Made by a program: the position numbers and the translations under genes. Below are positions 30,380-40,867 of a stretch of 64,000 nt of DNA, in pieces (position 1 is the first letter of the stretch; each line of letters begins with the position of its first letter). The notes under the pieces were generated by a model. The model saw only the letters and a program-made list of their open reading frames with translations, had not been told where the DNA came from and ran no database searches. Source of the stretch: Planctomycetota bacterium (GTDB lineage Bacteria > Planctomycetota > UBA8108 > UBA1146); NCBI GenBank assembly GCA_036338595.1, contig JAYZBV010000071.1:18442-82441 (forward strand). The letters are read 5' to 3'.

Positions 30380-30400
30380 CCTGTTTTCCTCTCGGGATAC

Positions 30401-30847
30401 TCAACATGCCTCATCGATGGCTCGGTTGGCGAGCGCATCGCATCGTTCGTTTTGCTCCTGGCCCGCATGGCCCTCTACCCATTCCCAATGAATTTCTCGG
30501 GTCCCATCTACGGCTACCAGTTGTTTCCAGATGTCATCGTTCAATACTGGCTTTCCATCGGATTTTCGCCAGTTCCTGCGCTTCCAGCCAGAGATCCATT
30601 CGCTCATCCCCTTCACCACATACTGCGAGTCGCTGTAGAGTGTCGCCTGCGACCCTTCCGGTATCGATCTTAACGCCTCCAGCGCCGCGGTGAGTTCCAT
30701 ACGGTTATTGGTGGTGGATGCGTCATGATCGTAACAGACTTCCTCGATACCATCTTGGCCCAGGACGATGTAGGCCCAGCCTCCGGGGCCCGGATTGCCT
30801 CTGCAGGCCCCATCTGTCCAGATCTGATAGCCTCCCTCGGTCGTCAT
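30401..30847 (-). CDS. rnhA: Ribonuclease HI
   Basis: TDGACRGNPGPGGW, TTNNRMEL, DSQY, WVEGHAG..NERCD. Confidence 0.97.
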   Translation of the reverse strand: MTTEGGYQIWTDGACRGNPGPGGWAYIVLGQDGIEEVCYDHDASTTNNRMELTAALEALRSIPEGSQATLYSDSQYVVKGMSEWISGWKRRNWRKSDGKPVLNDDIWKQLVAVDGTREIHWEWVEGHAGQEQNERCDALANRAIDEAC

Positions 30848-33234
30848 CTTGTCCTCCGGCTGCCTTTTCCTGGTCTCCCTTTTCGTTTTCCAGTCGCAGG
30901 TCGCACCCTCGACCCCTCGCCATTCGATCGTTTTCGAGACGGTCGCTGACGCGGCTCCTTTCGATCCTTCTCCGGTCGACGCTTCGAGACCCGTTTTCCC
31001 GGATGGGCGCCGGATCCTCGCCCCCGCCTGGCTCCAGGCCGGGTGTGAAGGTACCTCAAATCGATGTCTCGGTGGAGCGGATCTACCGCCTCCAGTTCAA
31101 CTTCAACAGGATCGCCAAGACGGATCATGTTTCCAGCATTGACACCGCGCAGCGCAAACTGAGTCTCGTTGAAGATATAGGTGTCATCGATCAACTTCGA
31201 AACATGGACGAAGCCGTCGATCAGTACACCATCGAGACGAACATGAAATCCCTGGTTTCGGACCGATGTCACGACTCCCGTGAAGCGCTCCCCGACGCGG
31301 TGCCTCAACCAGGAAATCGCCCGAAGACGAGCCATGTCTCTTTCTGCGGCCTCGGCAGTCCTCTCGCGGGTACTACACGTCTCGGCCATCTCGAGCAAGG
31401 AAGCCGTGGCAGCATCGGTTCTTGGATCGACCCCATCGAAGATGTGCCGATCGATCGCACGGTGCACCTGCAGATCAGGATACCTTCGAATCGGTGAGGT
31501 GAAGTGACAGTACTCATCCTTTCGCAAAGCAAAATGAGGCTCTCGAAGAGGACTGTATTCGGCGCGGCTGAGGGTTTTTAGCAGTGCGAATGAAACTACG
31601 GGCGCCGCTGCTGATCCTCGCACCGCATCGATCACTGCGGGCAGGTCATCGACTCCTCGCACGATCGCCTCCGGGGCCAGCACCCGGCACAGGCGCGCGA
31701 ATCGGTCCAGGTCCTCCGGAATAGGGGGTGCATGGACGCGGCGAAGAACGGGGATTTCTTTCTCGGTGGCGATGCTGGCCACAGCTTCGTTCGCGATCAG
31801 CATGCACTCCTCGACAAGATTGTGAGCCACGAGTCGCTCCCTGGCTGCTACCTCGATCACTTCCCCTTCGTCATCGAGGATCAACTTCATCTCGTCCAGG
31901 TCCAGATCCAGACAACCCGCTGCCAATCTCCGGTCACGCAGAAGTGAACGAACCTGCGCCAGCTCTTTCAGCATCGCCTCGATGGCATCCGTGGTGATCC
32001 TGTCCCTATCTTCTCCCGCATCGAGAAGCGTCTGGACCTGCTGGTAGGTGAAGCGCTGAGCACTTCGGATCACCGCCTTCTCGATGGTGGCGTCGAGGAT
32101 CTCGCCCGATTCCCCGACATCGACCCAGACCACCTTGGCCAGTCGATCTTCACCGGGCCTCAGTGAGCAGAGCCCATTACTGAGCCGCTCGGGAAGCATC
32201 GGAATCGTCTTTCCCGGGATGTAAACACTGCAACTGCGTAGCAACGCTTCGCCGTCGATGGGGTCACCTTGCTCGACATAGTGGCTCACGTCTGCAATGG
32301 CGATTCCCAATCTCTTGCCGCCCCCTGGAGCTTCGATGAGAACGATCGCATCGTCGAAATCCTTGGCATCTTCCGGGTCGATGGTGACGAAGGGAGTTGC
32401 TCTGAGATCGGTGCGCCGGGAGATTTCGGTGGCAGGAATCTGATCTGGAAAATTATTGGCCTGCTGCAACGCTTCCTCGGGAAACTCATCTCTCAGTTGA
32501 TGTTCAGCACAAACCAGCTGGAGATCTGCACGCCATGTCCCTTCGGCAGCCCACAGGCACACGACTTCTCCCGGAGGCATGCCATTGACTGTATTTCCGT
32601 CGCGCAGACGAGCCAGCACGCGATCTCCATCGCTGACACCCTGTTGATAGGCGGGGTCGATCCACAACTGTCGAAGGCTGTCGTGGCGCATCGGCTCCAC
32701 CACACCGCCACCATCTCGCTGTTGCCAGAACAGGCCCGGGATGACGCGGGGGCTACGCTGCAAGACCTCCAGGACCTTGCCACTTCGCCCCTCACGGGAG
32801 GCACCAGGTCGACCACGATCGGTCCGAGAGAGTCCGGCGAGCACTCGATCACCGTGGTGAGCATCTTTGAGACGGCGAGCGGGGATGAACACATCCCCCT
32901 CGGGATCCTCTACCAGTGGTCGAACAAAACCGAATCCTCGACGAGTGACGGAAAGTGTACCGACCAACCAGTGCTCGCGATGTGGAACAAACCAACCACG
33001 AGCCAGCAGGAAAACCGTCTCGCCCTGCTCCTCCAGTTGCTCCAGCAGTTCCTTCAGCCTCGGCTGATCCTCGGGCTTCAGTCCGATGGCCTCAGCGATG
33101 GCTTCGAGGGAGGAATGTCGGTAATCCGGTCCATGACTCCAGACGCGAAAGGCGTTGAGCCACTGCTGATCACGCTCCGATCGCAATGCTCCCCCTCCCG
33201 ACGATGCACGAGGGCTGTGATGGGGCAATGTCAT
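30844..33234 (-). CDS. rnr: Ribonuclease R
   Basis: Cold-shock domains, TIDPEDAKDFDDA, HFTSPIRRYPDL, S1 domain, basic tail. Confidence 0.95.
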   Translation of the reverse strand: MTLPHHSPRASSGGGALRSERDQQWLNAFRVWSHGPDYRHSSLEAIAEAIGLKPEDQPRLKELLEQLEEQGETVFLLARGWFVPHREHWLVGTLSVTRRGFGFVRPLVEDPEGDVFIPARRLKDAHHGDRVLAGLSRTDRGRPGASREGRSGKVLEVLQRSPRVIPGLFWQQRDGGGVVEPMRHDSLRQLWIDPAYQQGVSDGDRVLARLRDGNTVNGMPPGEVVCLWAAEGTWRADLQLVCAEHQLRDEFPEEALQQANNFPDQIPATEISRRTDLRATPFVTIDPEDAKDFDDAIVLIEAPGGGKRLGIAIADVSHYVEQGDPIDGEALLRSCSVYIPGKTIPMLPERLSNGLCSLRPGEDRLAKVVWVDVGESGEILDATIEKAVIRSAQRFTYQQVQTLLDAGEDRDRITTDAIEAMLKELAQVRSLLRDRRLAAGCLDLDLDEMKLILDDEGEVIEVAARERLVAHNLVEECMLIANEAVASIATEKEIPVLRRVHAPPIPEDLDRFARLCRVLAPEAIVRGVDDLPAVIDAVRGSAAAPVVSFALLKTLSRAEYSPLREPHFALRKDEYCHFTSPIRRYPDLQVHRAIDRHIFDGVDPRTDAATASLLEMAETCSTRERTAEAAERDMARLRAISWLRHRVGERFTGVVTSVRNQGFHVRLDGVLIDGFVHVSKLIDDTYIFNETQFALRGVNAGNMIRLGDPVEVELEAVDPLHRDIDLRYLHTRPGARRGRGSGAHPGKRVSKRRPEKDRKEPRQRPSRKRSNGEGSRVRPATGKRKGRPGKGSRRTR

Positions 33235-33290
33235 GCCCCATCACGGCCCGGTACAGCTTCTGGTCACGCATCTCGCCTTTTCGGATCGGT

Positions 33291-34529
33291 CTAGCCGACG
33301 GTCTGGATGATCGAGAGTAGCGGCATGAACAGTGCGACGACGATGAATCCAACCGCACCTCCCATGCCCACGATCAATAGTGGCTCGAGTAGGCTTGAGA
33401 GAGATTCCACGAGCACGTCCACATCGAGATCGTAGTTGTCGGAAATCTTGTTGAGCATCTTGTCGAGTTCGCCAGTTTCCTCACCGATGTCGATCATGTT
33501 GACGAGCAACGGGTCGAACACGCCGGAAGCTCCCAGTGGCTCGGCGATGGTTTCACCCTCGCGGATCGATCCACAGACCTGCTCGATCGCGTCCGAGATG
33601 ACCCGGTTTCCCACCGCAGCCCTGACGATATCGAGCGCCTCAAGAATCGGAACGCCGGACTGGATCAAGGTGCCCAGGGTACGGCAGAAGCGCGAGATCG
33701 TCGATTTCCTGACGATCTGGCCGAAGATCGGTGCTCTCAATTTCGACTTGTCGATCATCAATTCACCAGTGTTGGTTTTTGCGAGGCCCTTCATCGCCGC
33801 GTAGCCACCAAACACCACCAGCGGAGCCAGGAACCAGTAGGACTGCACTGCGTTGGCAAAGGCCAGCAGTGCCAGGGTGGGAGTGGGTAATGTAGTGTTC
33901 ATGTCGGCGAACATCTTCTCGAACTGCGGAATCACCTTGGTCATGATGAAGCCAAGGATCAGGGCGGCGACACAGATGACCGCGATCGGGTACACCATGG
34001 CGCCCTGGACCTTCTTACGCAGTTTCATCGACTTTTCCTGAAAGTCTGAAAGACGCTGCAAGATGGTGTCCAGAACTCCACCGATTTCTCCTGCCTTGAC
34101 CATGGCGACGAACAGGTGGTTGAAAGTTTTGGGGAACTTCTCAAGAGCCTCCGAGAAGGTGGCTCCCCCCTCGACATCATCCGTCACCTTGTTCAGTTGA
34201 TCCTGAAAGGTACCTGGTTTCATCTGGTCGGCGAGGATCTTCAGCGAGCGCACGATGGGGAGACCTGCATCCTGAAGGGTCGCGAGCTGCTGTGTGAATT
34301 GCACCATTTCAGTCTGAGAGACTCTGCCGCCGAAGAGTTTGAAGCCGCGTTTCTTCTTCTTTGCAACTCCGGCGCCGATAGAACCACCGCCCTTGCTCTC
34401 GCGAATCTTCGTGGGCTTCAGTCCGCGAGACCGCAGTTGCTTGATCGCCTCCTGCTGCGTCCCGGCCTCGATGGTACTGCGCTTTTTCTGGCCGCCTGGG
34501 CCGATCGCCTCGTACTCGAATACCGCCAT
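33291..34529 (-). CDS. pilC: Type IV pilus / T2SS platform protein PilC (GspF family)
   Basis: FTQQLATLQDAGLPI, GEIGGVLD, GEETGELD, LLEPLLI. Confidence 0.93.
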   Translation of the reverse strand: MAVFEYEAIGPGGQKKRSTIEAGTQQEAIKQLRSRGLKPTKIRESKGGGSIGAGVAKKKKRGFKLFGGRVSQTEMVQFTQQLATLQDAGLPIVRSLKILADQMKPGTFQDQLNKVTDDVEGGATFSEALEKFPKTFNHLFVAMVKAGEIGGVLDTILQRLSDFQEKSMKLRKKVQGAMVYPIAVICVAALILGFIMTKVIPQFEKMFADMNTTLPTPTLALLAFANAVQSYWFLAPLVVFGGYAAMKGLAKTNTGELMIDKSKLRAPIFGQIVRKSTISRFCRTLGTLIQSGVPILEALDIVRAAVGNRVISDAIEQVCGSIREGETIAEPLGASGVFDPLLVNMIDIGEETGELDKMLNKISDNYDLDVDVLVESLSSLLEPLLIVGMGGAVGFIVVALFMPLLSIIQTVG

Positions 34530-34595
34530 CTTCTCTGCTCCTTCTGGGCGGCTTCCCTCCCGGGACTCCGCAATCACATCCTAGGCGATGAACAC

Positions 34596-36305
34596 CTAGG
34601 CGACGATGGTCTCCTTGACCACCTCCTCGATGGTGGTGATTCCGTCGTAAATGTGGATCAGGCCCGAATCTCTGAGGGTATTCATCCCCTCCTCGCGGGC
34701 CATCGCCTGAATTTCCTGGGTACTGGCTCCGGTCATGATCAGGTCTCGCAATCGGTCCGTCATCTGCATGATCTCGAACAGGGCGATCCGTCCCTTGTAT
34801 CCCGAGTTGTTACATTCCTTGCAACCCTTGCCGTAGAAGAATGTGCGCCCCTGAACATCGGACGGGGTCAAGTCCAGTTCCATCAGCATCTCATCTGTGG
34901 GCTCATACTCGACCTTGCATTCAGAGCAAACCCTTCGCACCAGCCGCTGCGCTACCACCGCTTCAACAGTTGCAGTGAGCAGGAACGATTCGATTCCCAG
35001 ATCGATCAATCGAATCATCGAGGAGGGTGCATCATTGGTGTGCAGAGTGGAGAAAACGATGTGACCGGTCAAACTCGCTTCGACCGCAATCTGAGCAGTT
35101 TCGAGGTCCCGGATCTCACCGACGAGGATCTTGTCAGGGTCCTGACGCAGGATCGCCCGCAAACATAAGGCGTATGTGACATTGATCTCATCATTGATGG
35201 GGATCTGGACAATTCCGTCGATGTTGTATTCGACAGGATCCTCGGTCGTGATGATCTTCGTCATCGGATTGTTCGCCTCATTGAGGCATGAGTACAACGT
35301 CGTCGTTTTTCCAGATCCTGTCGGACCAGTGACAAGGATGATCCCGTTTGGCTTGAGGATCAGCTTTCTCAACATATCGAGATCTCGCTGGCGCAAGCCG
35401 ATCTGTTCCAGGTCGAGTGATACCTGACCACGGTCTAGTACCCTCATCACCACTGACTCGCCATGCATCGTCGGCAATGTCGAGACACGAAGGTCTACCG
35501 GACGTCCTGCAATGTTGAGTTCGATCCTGCCATCCTGAGGAAGACGCGTCTCTGCGATATCGAGGTTCGACATCACCTTTACTCTCGAGATCACCGCACG
35601 CGCCAGTTGGATCGGGGGAGGCATCATCTCGTAGAGGACGCCGTCTACCCTGTAGCGGATCTTGAATTCCTTCTCGAACGGTTCGAGGTGAATATCGGAG
35701 GCTCGATCCTTGATCGCGGACAGCAGCACCATGTTGAGCAATTTGACCACGGGAGCGGCGTTGACGTCCTTTTCCAGCTGGTCCATATCCATCATGTCGT
35801 GACGATTATCGTCGAGAACCTCGATGTCGTCCTGGTCCATCGAGCCGAGCAAGCTCTCCATCGATTCCGAACGGTCGGCGTAATACTTGGTCATGGCGCG
35901 CTCGATCGCTTCCGGATCGCTGAGGGCACCCTTCACCTCGATGTTGAGCATGAATTTCATGTCGTCGAGAGCGCTGATGTTCTGCGGATCCGCCAGCGCC
36001 AGGGTCAATACCTTGCCGTCAAACTCGACGGGGACGACCTGGTAGGTTTCTGCAACATGGGGAGGAACCATATCGAGGAGATCCGCAGTCACGACCGTTT
36101 CATCAAGATCGACCGGCTCCATGCCCGCCTGCTTTGCGATGGCGACACGGAGGTCTGCATCGGTCACGAGCCCCTTTTCAGAAAGGATCCTCCCGAGTGC
36201 ACCGCCCTTGGACTTCTGTTCCTGAAGAGCTTCCTGGATGTCGAGTTCCGTGATCAGATCCATATCCTTGAGGATCTGACCGATCGGCTTCGCGGCCAGC
36301 GCCAT
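34596..36305 (-). CDS. pilB: Type IV pilus assembly ATPase PilB/GspE (copy 1)
   Basis: MshEN-like N-terminus, GPTGSGKT, LRQDPD..GEIRD, TGH..STLH, tetra-Cys Zn motif. Confidence 0.93.
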   Translation of the reverse strand: MALAAKPIGQILKDMDLITELDIQEALQEQKSKGGALGRILSEKGLVTDADLRVAIAKQAGMEPVDLDETVVTADLLDMVPPHVAETYQVVPVEFDGKVLTLALADPQNISALDDMKFMLNIEVKGALSDPEAIERAMTKYYADRSESMESLLGSMDQDDIEVLDDNRHDMMDMDQLEKDVNAAPVVKLLNMVLLSAIKDRASDIHLEPFEKEFKIRYRVDGVLYEMMPPPIQLARAVISRVKVMSNLDIAETRLPQDGRIELNIAGRPVDLRVSTLPTMHGESVVMRVLDRGQVSLDLEQIGLRQRDLDMLRKLILKPNGIILVTGPTGSGKTTTLYSCLNEANNPMTKIITTEDPVEYNIDGIVQIPINDEINVTYALCLRAILRQDPDKILVGEIRDLETAQIAVEASLTGHIVFSTLHTNDAPSSMIRLIDLGIESFLLTATVEAVVAQRLVRRVCSECKVEYEPTDEMLMELDLTPSDVQGRTFFYGKGCKECNNSGYKGRIALFEIMQMTDRLRDLIMTGASTQEIQAMAREEGMNTLRDSGLIHIYDGITTIEEVVKETIVA

Positions 36306-36357
36306 GTCTCACCTCACCGCCAGTTTCTCCGGGGCGGTACCGGATCAAGTGTTCAAA

Positions 36358-38052
<1,695 letters not shown>

Positions 38053-38184
38053 GCAACACCTTTCCTGCTCGTCCGGGAGTCACCCCCTGAACCGGAGCGG
38101 AAATTAAAGCGCATCGGGCTGCTCGTTGATTTGAGCTGGCCGTCAACTTACCTGGAGAGGAAGTGGCTGTCGGGAGAGAAGTTC

Positions 38185-38290
38185 GAGCGACCGAAGCGCT
38201 CCTGTTGACTTCTTTCCGAGTGGCGCAGCACGTCTCTCCTGAGATCGCTCGCAATAACTGCAGCGTCGCCCATTTCGGGCACCCCTGCGC
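38185..38290 (-). ncRNA. Candidate structured leader RNA (four-way junction plus cUUCGg hairpin)
   Basis: GCGCAG/CUGCGC closing three hairpins; GAGCG-CUUCGG-U-CGCUC downstream. Confidence 0.4.
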
Positions 38291-38436
38291 AACAGTCGTC
38301 ACCTGATTACAAACCAGATTCCAGGCACCCATGACCCCATCGATGAAGATCGAGATCCGGCGTACCTGCAGGTCAGCCTCTTGAAGTGGGTATTCCTGGG
38401 ACAGGATCACCCCCGGGAACGAACCCGGAAACCTGA

Positions 38437-38464
38437 ATCCTACGAGATGGCCGTTGGGAGTCAA
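38437..38464 (-). promoter_or_regulatory. Putative sigma70 promoter of pil operon
   Basis: TTGACT-16 nt-TAGGAT on minus strand. Confidence 0.5.
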
Positions 38465-38546
38465 GGATAGCCCGGTTGTAGCGACTTCAGGGCGGGTCCC
38501 CGATCCCATGGATTCGGGCCATCCAGGTTCGCCTTTCGAGGGTCTC

Positions 38547-38575
38547 TTGCCGCTGCAAGTCCCCCGGTCTAGAAT
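38547..38575 (+). promoter_or_regulatory. Putative sigma70 promoter, divergent
   Basis: TTGCCG-17 nt-TAGAAT. Confidence 0.5.
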
Positions 38576-38739
38576 CCCGCCTTCCCCATCCCGGTCATGT
38601 CCCCGGTGGTGTCGGTCCCAGGATCACCGGATTGTCCATGAGCGACCAGGATGGAGCCCCGGAGTCGCCGGGAAGCGGAAAGGTGTGATTCCGATTGTGG
38701 AGTCCAATCAACCATAGCCCTTTGAATTGGAGACCAAAC

Positions 38740-39366
38740 GTGTGGAGTCTCAGAGCCCTGGTTCTACCCCTGTTGTCCCTGTTGCTTTTTTCCGGCTGCG
38801 CTGGAAATAGCGACTGGGTACGCTTTCGTCCCGATGCAACATCTCCATTCTCAGGAGTGGAGCAACCTCACGCCAAACCCTACTCCGGTCAGGTGAGTTT
38901 CACCCGAGGGATGTATGACCTCGGAGCTTCCTCCGCCGTGATCGCAGCGAATCAGCTCGACGACATCGACGGATATGGACTGTGGATCAGCGCCCGCCCC
39001 AGTGAATGGTACATCGCTCCCGAGGTGGGTTTCATCGGTTCGAAGGAAACGAATGGCGCACTGGGCAAGATTCGCTTTTCTGAGTTTTTTGCCGGAGGCC
39101 GTGTCATCGCGGAGTTGCCGTTCACGCCACTCTCCCTCATTGCAGGAGCGGGCATCAGTTCGGTGGATGGAGAAATCTACACCGTGGATGTCGCAGAAAG
39201 CGGAGTCTACTTCCACGGGGGAGCGATACTCCATATGGGAGACAACGCGCACCTGACACTGGACTATCGAAATGTCGGTTTCTCGAACGACATCACGGTT
39301 GACACCCTCGGCAACACCGCTGATTCCATGGACGTGATCTCCGTGATGCTTGGATTCAACTGGTAG
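38740..39366 (+). CDS. Outer-membrane beta-barrel-like protein with lipobox
   Basis: LLLFSGC lipobox, amphipathic beta strands, C-terminal GFNW. Confidence 0.7.
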   Translation: MWSLRALVLPLLSLLLFSGCAGNSDWVRFRPDATSPFSGVEQPHAKPYSGQVSFTRGMYDLGASSAVIAANQLDDIDGYGLWISARPSEWYIAPEVGFIGSKETNGALGKIRFSEFFAGGRVIAELPFTPLSLIAGAGISSVDGEIYTVDVAESGVYFHGGAILHMGDNAHLTLDYRNVGFSNDITVDTLGNTADSMDVISVMLGFNW

Positions 39367-39419
39367 AATCGGCCTCAAGACCCGTTCTTGAATTCTCATC
39401 GCCTGCCATCTGATCGATG

Positions 39420-40823
39420 TCAGGCGATGATTTTTTGGACCACCCGGCCAGCCACATCGGTGAGGCGGAAATCTCTCCCCGCGTGGCGGTAGGTCAGCCT
39501 CTCGTGGTCGATGCCCAGCAGGTGCAAGATCGTCGCGTGCAGATCGTTGACATGGACCTTGTCGACCACCGCGTGATAACCGTAGTCATCGGTTTCACCA
39601 TAGGACAAGCCACCTCGGACACCGCCGCCCGCCATCCAGATCGTGAACCCATGGGGATTGTGGTCGCGCCCATTGCCATCCTGAGCAGTGGGAGTCCTGC
39701 CGAACTCTCCTCCCCAGATCACCAGTGTGTCTTCCAGTAGTCCCCTCGTCTTCAGATCCTTCAACAACCCGGCTATCGGTTTATCGACCTCGAGCGCATT
39801 CTTGGAATGCCCTCCCTTGAGATTGCTGTGCTGATCCCACTTGTAGGAATGGGTGCACTGGATGAATCGAACTCCTGCTTCTGCGAAGCGACGAGCCATC
39901 AGGCACTGACGGCCAAAGTTGTCGGTGTTTGGCTCATCTATTCCGTACATCTCCATCGTCGTCTTCGTCTCGCCGGCAAGGTCCATCACCTCGGGGGCTT
40001 CCGTTTGCATCTGAAAAGCCATCTCGAAGGAACGGATCCGAGCATCCAGTGAGTCGTCAGTAGCTCGATCCCCCAGGTGCTCCAGATTGATCTCATCGAG
40101 AAGCCCCAGTTGCATCCGCTGCAGACCTTCATTCCAGTGATCATTCTTCAGGTGATGAATGGTCGCGTCTCTCGCCTTTACACCTGCGTGCCCGATGGGA
40201 GTTCCCTGGTAGCGAGCAGGCAAAAATGCACTGGACCAATTATTGACACCACCATGGCCCAGAGTCGGACAGATGGTGATGAACCCGGGCAGATTTGAAT
40301 TCTCCTCGCCCAGTCCATAGAGAACCCAGGAGCCGATGCTGGGCCTGACAAAGGTGTCACTGCCGGTGTGCAGCGCCAGCAATGCACCGCCATGTGCATC
40401 GTTGGTTCCATGCATACTCTTGACGAAACAGATGTCATCGACCATTCCTGCGACATGTGGGAACAGCTCGCTGACCCACTGCCCTGATTCTCCATACTGC
40501 TTGAACTTCCACGGCGACTGCATGACTCCACCATATTGCTTTGGGTCCGCAAAGGTCACACGGGGCAGCGGGTAGGGAAGTGGCTTGCCGTCATCCTGAA
40601 TCAACCTCGGCTTGTAATCGAAGGTATCCACCTGAGAAGGTCCACCATGCATGAACAGGAAAATGGCCCGCTTCGCACGCGGCGCAAAGTGCGGACCGAC
40701 GGGAAGCCCCGCAAAACCAGCGGTGCTACCCAACAATCCGTCGAGGGCCAGCGCACCGAAACCTGCGCAACAACCCTTGAGCATCTTCCGCCTCGAGATG
40801 GCACTCATCGGATCAATATTCAC
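39420..40823 (-). CDS. DUF1501 family protein
   Basis: SRRKML Tat-like leader, IFLFMHGGPSQVDTFDYKP, WDQH, GEFGRTP, GRDH. Confidence 0.93.
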   Translation of the reverse strand: MNIDPMSAISRRKMLKGCCAGFGALALDGLLGSTAGFAGLPVGPHFAPRAKRAIFLFMHGGPSQVDTFDYKPRLIQDDGKPLPYPLPRVTFADPKQYGGVMQSPWKFKQYGESGQWVSELFPHVAGMVDDICFVKSMHGTNDAHGGALLALHTGSDTFVRPSIGSWVLYGLGEENSNLPGFITICPTLGHGGVNNWSSAFLPARYQGTPIGHAGVKARDATIHHLKNDHWNEGLQRMQLGLLDEINLEHLGDRATDDSLDARIRSFEMAFQMQTEAPEVMDLAGETKTTMEMYGIDEPNTDNFGRQCLMARRFAEAGVRFIQCTHSYKWDQHSNLKGGHSKNALEVDKPIAGLLKDLKTRGLLEDTLVIWGGEFGRTPTAQDGNGRDHNPHGFTIWMAGGGVRGGLSYGETDDYGYHAVVDKVHVNDLHATILHLLGIDHERLTYRHAGRDFRLTDVAGRVVQKIIA

Positions 40824-40867
40824 TGCAACTCCTGTATCTCATGCTGGTCGTGCTCCACTTTCAATCG

